Below, one piece after another: positions 7,341-12,882 of a DNA stretch of 12,882 nucleotides; position 1 is the stretch's first letter; each line of letters begins with the position of its first letter. The notes beneath the pieces are model-generated. The model was not told the DNA's origin. It saw only the letters and a list, made by a program, of their open reading frames with translations, and made no database searches. This DNA is from Candidatus Thorarchaeota archaeon (lineage in GTDB: Archaea; Asgardarchaeota; Thorarchaeia; Thorarchaeales; Thorarchaeaceae): the NCBI GenBank assembly GCA_048882385.1, contig JBHLRQ010000084.1, forward strand, positions 1 to 12,882, given 5' to 3'. The translations under genes were made by a program, and so were the position numbers.

Positions 7341-8387
7341 TCAAAATCGCTTGAACTGCCCCTTTCCTTGAACCATCCACTGAACACCCTCCATGTTCAG
7401 GTCAGCCTTGCATTTTGGACAATTTCCATCTTTGTCTAAATTGTTACTTCCAAGATAAACAGAGTATCGCTCAACAGCTTTGAACCCACACTCTGGACAA
7501 TATGTATTTTCATAGTCGTGTCCTGCAACGTTTCCAGAATAAACAAAAACCAATCCAGATTTCTTTGCTACATCAATATGCTTCTCAAGCGTTTTTGCTG
7601 ATGTTCGAGGAAGATGAGTCAACTTGTATGTTGGAGCGAATGCAGTGAGATGAAATGGTGTTTGTTCTCCTAGATTATTGACAACCCATTCAGATAGAAT
7701 CTTAGTGTCTTCCAAGGAATCTCCTACTTCTGGTATGATGAGGTTGGTTATCTCAATGAAGATGTTCTTTTCCTTCATGGCTAGCATCGAAGTAAAGATA
7801 GGCTCCACCTTTGGAACTGACATCAGGTCCTTGTAGAATTTCTTATTCGCACTACCTTTGAAATTCACAGAAGCAGCGTCTAGGTAGGGAGCTATGTAAT
7901 CTATCGCTTCAGGCGTCATATAGCCATTCGTCACAAAAGTGTTGAACAATCCTTGCTCATGCGCGATCTTTGCTGTATCATAAGCTAATTCAAAGAAGAC
8001 TGTGGGTTCTGTATAGGTGTAGGTAATTCCATTACACTCGTACTTTTTTGCCAACTCAACAATTTCTTCTGGACTCACATATTGACCGACTGGAGTTTCT
8101 CTGTGAGCAGAATGATAGTTCAAGCAAAAGATGCAACGAAAATTACATGATGATGTACTGATTGAGAAGGCAGAACTTCCAGGTGCAAAGTGAAAGAGTG
8201 GTTTCTTCTCAATCGGATCTGGAGCCATTCCATCAATTAGACCGTAAACCTTTGAATAGAGTTTGTTATCCTCTGCCACTCTAACTCTGCAAAAACCAGT
8301 CTCACCATTATGTATGACGCATCGTCTGGCACAAAGATCACATCTAATGCCTTCCTTCAAATTAGAATAAAGAACTGCCTCTCTCAT
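7341..8387 (-). CDS. AmmeMemoRadiSam system radical SAM enzyme (PFL-activating-enzyme-like)
   Basis: CDLCARRC...GFCRVR, DPIEKKPLFHFAPG, CNFRCIFC, ITYTYTEP, FVTNGY, YSGNV.G...ENTYCPECG...CPKC. Confidence 0.92.
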   Translation of the reverse strand: MREAVLYSNLKEGIRCDLCARRCVIHNGETGFCRVRVAEDNKLYSKVYGLIDGMAPDPIEKKPLFHFAPGSSAFSISTSSCNFRCIFCLNYHSAHRETPVGQYVSPEEIVELAKKYECNGITYTYTEPTVFFELAYDTAKIAHEQGLFNTFVTNGYMTPEAIDYIAPYLDAASVNFKGSANKKFYKDLMSVPKVEPIFTSMLAMKEKNIFIEITNLIIPEVGDSLEDTKILSEWVVNNLGEQTPFHLTAFAPTYKLTHLPRTSAKTLEKHIDVAKKSGLVFVYSGNVAGHDYENTYCPECGFKAVERYSVYLGSNNLDKDGNCPKCKADLNMEGVQWMVQGKGQFKRF

Positions 8388-8474
8388 TGTATAATATCCC
8401 TAAATTGAATTCTTATGCGTGTTACGGTGTGTTTATTGACGTCATTATTAAAAGGAAAAGTTACGAATAGAGTG

Positions 8475-8936
8475 ATGATATCAAAGATGCCCGACCCAAG
8501 AGAGCTTGAAAGGTTAGGTGGTCTCTTCAATCTTGCCTCAGAGAGAAATAGACCATTTCTAGATAGATGCTCTGAAACAAAATATCTAGCCATGAACGAT
8601 TATAGCCGTGCAACAAATGAGGCTCTTAAACTAGCAAAACAGACTCTTAATTCAACAAGATTAGATTTTGGAAGTGGTACGAGTTTCGATGGAAATCTCA
8701 CCACGATAAGAAATGCCGTTGAGTCGGGGCAACTTAATGGAAAACTCGTAAAAGCCTTGACAAAGCTTAGATCAAATTACCTTAGGTATGTTCTAAGACC
8801 AGCAGTTCAGACATATCTGACAAATGACAAGCTCAAAACATCTGATCTAGAGACTTTATACGAGAGTGCTCTAAGGATTGATGGACTTCTCGAAGTAGTA
8901 CAGTTTCTAAAGCGAGTCAAACCTGCATTATCCTAG
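8475..8936 (+). CDS. Hypothetical, predominantly alpha-helical protein
   Basis: The open frame 8415-8936 fills the gap between neighbouring genes. The true start is likelier GTG 8472, ATG 8475 or ATG 8487, leaving an AT-rich divergent promoter region. No motif recognised. Confidence 0.6.
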   Translation: MISKMPDPRELERLGGLFNLASERNRPFLDRCSETKYLAMNDYSRATNEALKLAKQTLNSTRLDFGSGTSFDGNLTTIRNAVESGQLNGKLVKALTKLRSNYLRYVLRPAVQTYLTNDKLKTSDLETLYESALRIDGLLEVVQFLKRVKPALS

Positions 8937-10378
8937 TCTTTTTTGTGGTCACGATGGACAAGCTTCTGTCCATCAACAACCCAAGCTAAAGCAAGTGCTT
9001 GAAACTCATCGGCCCATTTCATAACAATAGCAGGGGCTACTCCTAACGATCTTGCAATCTCTCGAATGGACATTTCACCATGTTCTTCAACCATAAGATA
9101 TGCCTTGGTCTTTTCTGTACTATCCATGAGATCTAGGTAGCCTTCAAGTGTTTCTTGAGTGTGTGCTAATTTGGCTTTAGTTTCTTCAAGGTCCGCATTG
9201 GCTCTCTCCAGATTTGCTGCTGCTCGTTCATGATCAGCTTTAAGGCGTTCAAGTTCCCTGGCTTTGTCTCCTGATTCAAATGACCTTAGCCTTGCCCGAA
9301 TGTCTTCCATTTCTGCAAGGCGATCAGCAGTTTTAGTTTTCTCATCTTCTAGCTTTCGAATTTGAGCATTCAGGTCTCCAATCATAAGATCCTTTTTAGC
9401 TGCATCATCAGAAAGCTCCTTTGTTCTTTGTAGCGCTGTATTTGCTCTCGCTTCTTCTTCAGCGACTTTCTCTGTAAGAAGATCTCGAGACGCCTCTAGA
9501 GTCTTGACATTCTGGCGGAGCTCTACTAATACTTCTTGGTCTGCCTGTGGAGCTGCCTTTAGAGTGGCTAATTCTTCTTCAAGCTCTTCATTGATGACTT
9601 TGAAAGAAACATTGTCTTTTCGAAGGGATTCTATCTCACTCTCGCGTGTCTCGATCTTCTGTGTAGATAGTGTTAGTTCATGAGACAGTTCTTCAACTCT
9701 CCGCTCCATAGCCTTCATTTTCTCAGCTACCTCCTTCGGAATCTCGACTCTAGGTTTCATACCAAGTTCTGATGCAAGAAATTCAACCTCAGTAGTAGCT
9801 CTTTGAGTAAAATCATCAATATTGGATTTTAATGAAGTCAATTCCTCATATGTTATCTTCATAGCCTCTTTGAGGCTTTCAGTTACATCACGGACTTTCT
9901 CAAGAATTGGTGTGGACATCCCTGTTGTGAGAGATTCTTCGACCCTACCGAACTCTGCTTCAACCAGTGGCTTGACATCATTTTCAATAAAGGTTGATTG
10001 TAGATTTGTTTTAGCTGCACGTTTACTTCGGCTAACTATGTCACCTCTCATGGCGACTAGGTTTCCTTTCAAACCTACCAAGAATGACAAAACAACCGGA
10101 ACTAGGTCTCTTTCGATTCTATCAATGGAGCCATCCATAGTCATCATGTTACGTTCAAGAAGACTGATGCTGTCTTGCAACTTTTCGATGCTCTTGTCAA
10201 TCTCCATACGTCGTCGAACCTGATCTGCAGATTCAACCCTCATCACATCACTTGTCATTCGTCCAGATTCAATGAGTTCTTGTCTCATTTCATCATCTAC
10301 GCCAAGTTCAGTAAGAAGATCATCAACGACTCCGCCTCGTTTTCCTGAATCTTCTTTCTTTTCAGGCTCTTTTGACAT
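8933..10378 (-). CDS. Long coiled-coil protein with C-terminal winged helix-turn-helix
   Basis: 481 aa with extensive heptad repeats, ending KTKAYLMVEEHGEMSIREIARSLGVAPAIVMKWADEFQALALAWV (HTH). No Walker A/B motifs. SD-like GTGAGGT at 10385-10391 on the minus strand. Confidence 0.8.
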   Translation of the reverse strand: MSKEPEKKEDSGKRGGVVDDLLTELGVDDEMRQELIESGRMTSDVMRVESADQVRRRMEIDKSIEKLQDSISLLERNMMTMDGSIDRIERDLVPVVLSFLVGLKGNLVAMRGDIVSRSKRAAKTNLQSTFIENDVKPLVEAEFGRVEESLTTGMSTPILEKVRDVTESLKEAMKITYEELTSLKSNIDDFTQRATTEVEFLASELGMKPRVEIPKEVAEKMKAMERRVEELSHELTLSTQKIETRESEIESLRKDNVSFKVINEELEEELATLKAAPQADQEVLVELRQNVKTLEASRDLLTEKVAEEEARANTALQRTKELSDDAAKKDLMIGDLNAQIRKLEDEKTKTADRLAEMEDIRARLRSFESGDKARELERLKADHERAAANLERANADLEETKAKLAHTQETLEGYLDLMDSTEKTKAYLMVEEHGEMSIREIARSLGVAPAIVMKWADEFQALALAWVVDGQKLVHRDHKKD

Positions 10379-10433
10379 ATAGAAACCTCACTTTCCTCAA
10401 ACCCAAAAGGGCAGATGCTATGGTAGCCAGACA

Positions 10434-10451
10434 ATACATAAATCTATTCGG
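10434..10451 (-). promoter_or_regulatory. Putative archaeal BRE-TATA promoter for the coiled-coil gene
   Basis: The minus strand reads CCGAATAGA-TTTATGTAT, about 56 nt upstream of ATG 10378. Confidence 0.4.
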
Positions 10452-10489
10452 TGAAAACTCCAAAGTGTCTAGGAGCCTGAGAATTCAAG

Positions 10490-11326
10490 ATGCGCCTGAA
10501 AATAGAGATGCAAGCAGATATACAAAACCGTGGAACTTCGAAACTACGTAGGGGTATGATGGTATGGCATCTCTTCACCGATACAGAGAATCAATTTGTC
10601 GAGATGATTGATGTCTTTCCACCTGCCAAAGTCACTGAGAAAGCAGAGAAGAATATGGTAGCAATGATTAAAATTCCTGAACTGAATCCTGGCGAGAGCT
10701 TTTCACCTACAGTTGTTTTACGAATTGATACTGTAACTCGAGATTGGTTGATGGAACCTCAAATAACTCCTGACGAGTTAGTATCAAGAAACAGAGGGAT
10801 GTATTGCACTTTACAGAAATATTGGGAAATTGATGATGGTTTGATCCAGGAGATGTCACAAAAAGCCGCTGAACGTACTGGGGATGATGAATCGTATGTC
10901 CGACTTGTATTTCAAAAGGTCCGTGAATTGGTCAAACTAAAAACCCATCTTGACGAACGTCTGGGTGCAGCTCGAGCCGCTCGCGAAAAGGAAGGTGATT
11001 GTGATGAACATGCAGACCTCTTCATTACTTTACTTCGAGCTGTGGATATTCCAGCTAGAAGAGTTGTAGGACATTTCTTCCGGGGTGGTCCAGAACCAGA
11101 ACCTCATGCTTGGTGTGAAGTTTTCCTTGAAAGAAAGGGATGGATTCCTGTGGATCCAGCTCTTGGCAATTTCGGTACGATGTCAGAGAACTATTTTTGG
11201 CGCATTCGTGAAGGCCTTGTGTCCGAGAGACCTACGATCCAATTGAAATGGAGTGGTATTGCAAGTGAGGCTCCTTCCGTAGAGGAGGATGTCAAGATGA
11301 CTATTTTGAAGAATGGTCAAACCTAG
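10490..11326 (+). CDS. Transglutaminase-like (putative cysteine protease) domain protein
   Basis: GDCDEHADLFITLLRAVDIPARRVVG...HAWCEVFL...GWIPVDP, with an intact Cys-His-Asp triad. No signal peptide evident. Confidence 0.92.
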   Translation: MRLKIEMQADIQNRGTSKLRRGMMVWHLFTDTENQFVEMIDVFPPAKVTEKAEKNMVAMIKIPELNPGESFSPTVVLRIDTVTRDWLMEPQITPDELVSRNRGMYCTLQKYWEIDDGLIQEMSQKAAERTGDDESYVRLVFQKVRELVKLKTHLDERLGAARAAREKEGDCDEHADLFITLLRAVDIPARRVVGHFFRGGPEPEPHAWCEVFLERKGWIPVDPALGNFGTMSENYFWRIREGLVSERPTIQLKWSGIASEAPSVEEDVKMTILKNGQT

Positions 11327-12048
11327 ATTCCTTGCAGCATTCCTGTGGTTTCGAGTTGAACAAACAATTCTGCTCCAAAGTGCCAACATTCATGCGTATC
11401 GAATATACAACATATGACTTTGGGAAGTAGAGGTTCTTCAAATGCAGAGTGCAATGTTCCTGCAAGATGATGTGTCATCAGTTCACCGTATGCAGCAACC
11501 TGAGGCAAAGATTCCATGAACCTTTTCTTGGTTTGTGTGAGTGGACCAGGTTTGTAGTCACAGACATGAACCACACCATCAACAACTCGAATGAGATCAA
11601 CATGTCCAGTAAGTCGATACCTTTCAGACCAAACTGGAACTTCAATTGCAATAGTATTAGGGTCATTCAGGAGGAATTCATGCAGAATATCATGTCCCGC
11701 TGAGTAACTGAGATCATTACGAAACCGATGAAACTCCCTTAACAACTTGACAGTATCATCATTGACACTCATTACAATCGTACCTGCTCGTTTCATCTTC
11801 TTTCGAAATACGACCTTCTGCGCTACAGACATATCTGATAGCCGTAGTTTGGAGGCGCGATTGTAGAAGGGATCAGCGAATGGGAGTTCTGGAACCTTGC
11901 CAGCATGAATCGAGTTCAAGTGAGCCCATAGAGATGAGAGATCACCCTCCCTATTACCCAATGCCTTGTGATGAGCCACATTCCATTGAAAACCATATGC
12001 TATCTTGCCATGCTGAAATTCACGGCGGAGAATATCATCAGGGGTCAT
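11323..12048 (-). CDS. PD-(D/E)xK nuclease, RecB/Cas4-like core without Fe-S cysteine motif
   Basis: H...IAIEVPVW....LTGHVDLIRV...VHVCDYKP...LPQVAAYG gives the RecB-family motifs E, G-x-x-D, D-Y-K and QxxxY. Confidence 0.82.
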   Translation of the reverse strand: MTPDDILRREFQHGKIAYGFQWNVAHHKALGNREGDLSSLWAHLNSIHAGKVPELPFADPFYNRASKLRLSDMSVAQKVVFRKKMKRAGTIVMSVNDDTVKLLREFHRFRNDLSYSAGHDILHEFLLNDPNTIAIEVPVWSERYRLTGHVDLIRVVDGVVHVCDYKPGPLTQTKKRFMESLPQVAAYGELMTHHLAGTLHSAFEEPLLPKVICCIFDTHECWHFGAELFVQLETTGMLQGI

Positions 12049-12160
12049 GGCATTCTCATGAGATAGTCAAATCCAATCTTTTTAATCCACCGTAGAGAAT
12101 ATCAAAGAAAACAACTAGTTTTTTAATCATCCACACTTTCTTTCGAACTGGTGTCTTGGG

Positions 12161-12457
12161 ATGACCTATGCGTTCATTGTTTATTACCGGTTTCAGCTAA
12201 TGACGCCAGAACAAGCCGGGAAAGCAAAGGAATTCTGGGAAGAGTTTGGCAAAGGAAGCTGGCCCGAACATCTCAAAATTGTTGGAGATTACAAATACGC
12301 ATGGGGTTCAGACTGGAATGGTTTTCTTCTATTAGAAACAGAAGACCCTCAGACTTTCTTCGAGTTCTGGCCGATATTTAGAGATAAAACAAGATGGTAC
12401 ATAGACAACACTCGAACTATAATTGCCATAAAGAGGGAAGCTCGAGATTGGATGTGA
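12161..12457 (+). CDS. Small hypothetical protein, probable ferredoxin-like / dimeric alpha-beta barrel fold (GYD/DUF3303-like)
   Basis: 98 aa with a beta-alpha-beta-beta-alpha-beta pattern (FIVYYRF...LKIVGDY...NGFLLLETEDPQTFFEF...TRTIIA). A TTTTTAAT TATA-like element lies about 35-40 nt upstream. Confidence 0.6.
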   Translation: MTYAFIVYYRFQLMTPEQAGKAKEFWEEFGKGSWPEHLKIVGDYKYAWGSDWNGFLLLETEDPQTFFEFWPIFRDKTRWYIDNTRTIIAIKREARDWM

Positions 12458-12458
12458 A

Positions 12459-12500
12459 AAATTGAATTAAGGGGCGCAATGCCCCTCGTAGATTCAATTT
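12459..12500. terminator. Stem-loop between convergent genes, possible bidirectional terminator or 3' end structure
   Basis: AAATTGAAT (12459-67) pairs with ATTCAATTT (12492-500). The inner AGGGGC (12470-75) pairs with GCCCCT (12481-86) around a 5-nt loop. Confidence 0.55.
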
Positions 12501-12501
12501 C

Positions 12502-12882
12502 TTATGATGCAGGATATGGGTCTGCACTATTCTCCAACATCGTGACGAGCCATCGTAGATCCTTTGGAGATATTCCCTTAGGGTCAAACGGGAAGATGCT
12601 CATAGCTCCTACTTTGAAGTTTACAGTTGTCTTCATTAGCTTCTTACTGGACGAATATGGAAAGACTCCACTAAATCTCGCAATATTCCCATTGTACCTT
12701 TGCTGGTACAAATTAATCTCACTTGCATTCTGAATATTGTCACCCTTGAACTCCGCATGCGTAAACGCGATTTTCGTCTTATCCATATCAGTCAGAAGAA
12801 CATAGGAGATATTGGCTTTGTCTCGCCTCTTTATGTCATCAAAGACTGTTCGTGCTTCCTTTGTGATGCTTAGAGGTGCCAT
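12502..12882 (-). CDS. Hypothetical protein, possibly ADF-H/cofilin-like fold (may extend beyond window)
   Basis: 126-aa ORF whose ATG is at the window edge. The hydrophobic/secondary-structure pattern recalls cofilin/coactosin, but this is unconfirmed. Confidence 0.55.
   Translation of the reverse strand: MAPLSITKEARTVFDDIKRRDKANISYVLLTDMDKTKIAFTHAEFKGDNIQNASEINLYQQRYNGNIARFSGVFPYSSSKKLMKTTVNFKVGAMSIFPFDPKGISPKDLRWLVTMLENSADPYPAS

Noticed and set aside
7331-7387. 47-nt overlap between DUF2797 and the upstream radical SAM gene implied by the ORF track start at 7387
   Set aside because: ATG at 7330 gives a clean 10-nt spacing and a more plausible N-terminus.
8933-10378. SMC/Rad50 or ESCRT-III annotation for the long coiled-coil protein
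   Set aside because: No Walker A/B, signature, hinge or zinc-hook motifs and no recognisable Snf7 pattern. Any similarity would be generic coiled coil.
11323-12048. cas4 / CRISPR locus
   Set aside because: No four-Cys Fe-S motif, no other cas genes and no repeat-spacer array in the window.
12459-12500. Hairpin as a SECIS element
   Set aside because: It lacks the AUGA/GA core with apical AA and the archaeal GAA/A arrangement, and neither flanking gene has a plausible in-frame Sec codon.
1045-12733. Short alternative-frame or antisense ORFs in the track (e.g. 1045-1341, 1700-1921, 2312-2749, 2686-2901, 3103-3384, 6972-7301, 8384-8593, 9822-10223, 11449-11703, 12151-12381, 12479-12733)
   Set aside because: They lie within better-supported genes, have atypical composition and show no motifs, so they are treated as shadow ORFs.

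Overview
Gene-dense archaeal window, very likely from an Asgard archaeon (possibly Thorarchaeota). This is inferred from topoisomerase VI genes, a roadblock protein, Asgard-style longin proteins, archaeal TATA/SD signals and frequent TTG/GTG starts. Contents in order: a divergent top6B (3' part)-top6A pair followed by a coiled-coil/winged-helix protein and an Mrr-like PD-(D/E)xK protein; a roadblock/LC7 gene abutting a non-canonical stand-alone NifB-like radical SAM gene; a minus-strand run of an AmmeMemoRadiSam-type radical SAM, a DUF2797-like protein with a C-terminal PIP-box-like motif, and two tandem paralogous longin + double winged-helix proteins resembling the eukaryotic GATOR1 subunits NPRL2/NPRL3; a hypothetical protein; a second, larger coiled-coil/winged-helix protein; a transglutaminase-like protein; a RecB/Cas4-like PD-(D/E)xK nuclease; a small ferredoxin-like-fold protein; and a last ORF whose pattern recalls the ADF-H/cofilin fold. 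No RNA genes, CRISPR arrays or mobile elements were seen. All family calls come from motif recognition by eye, not database searches.
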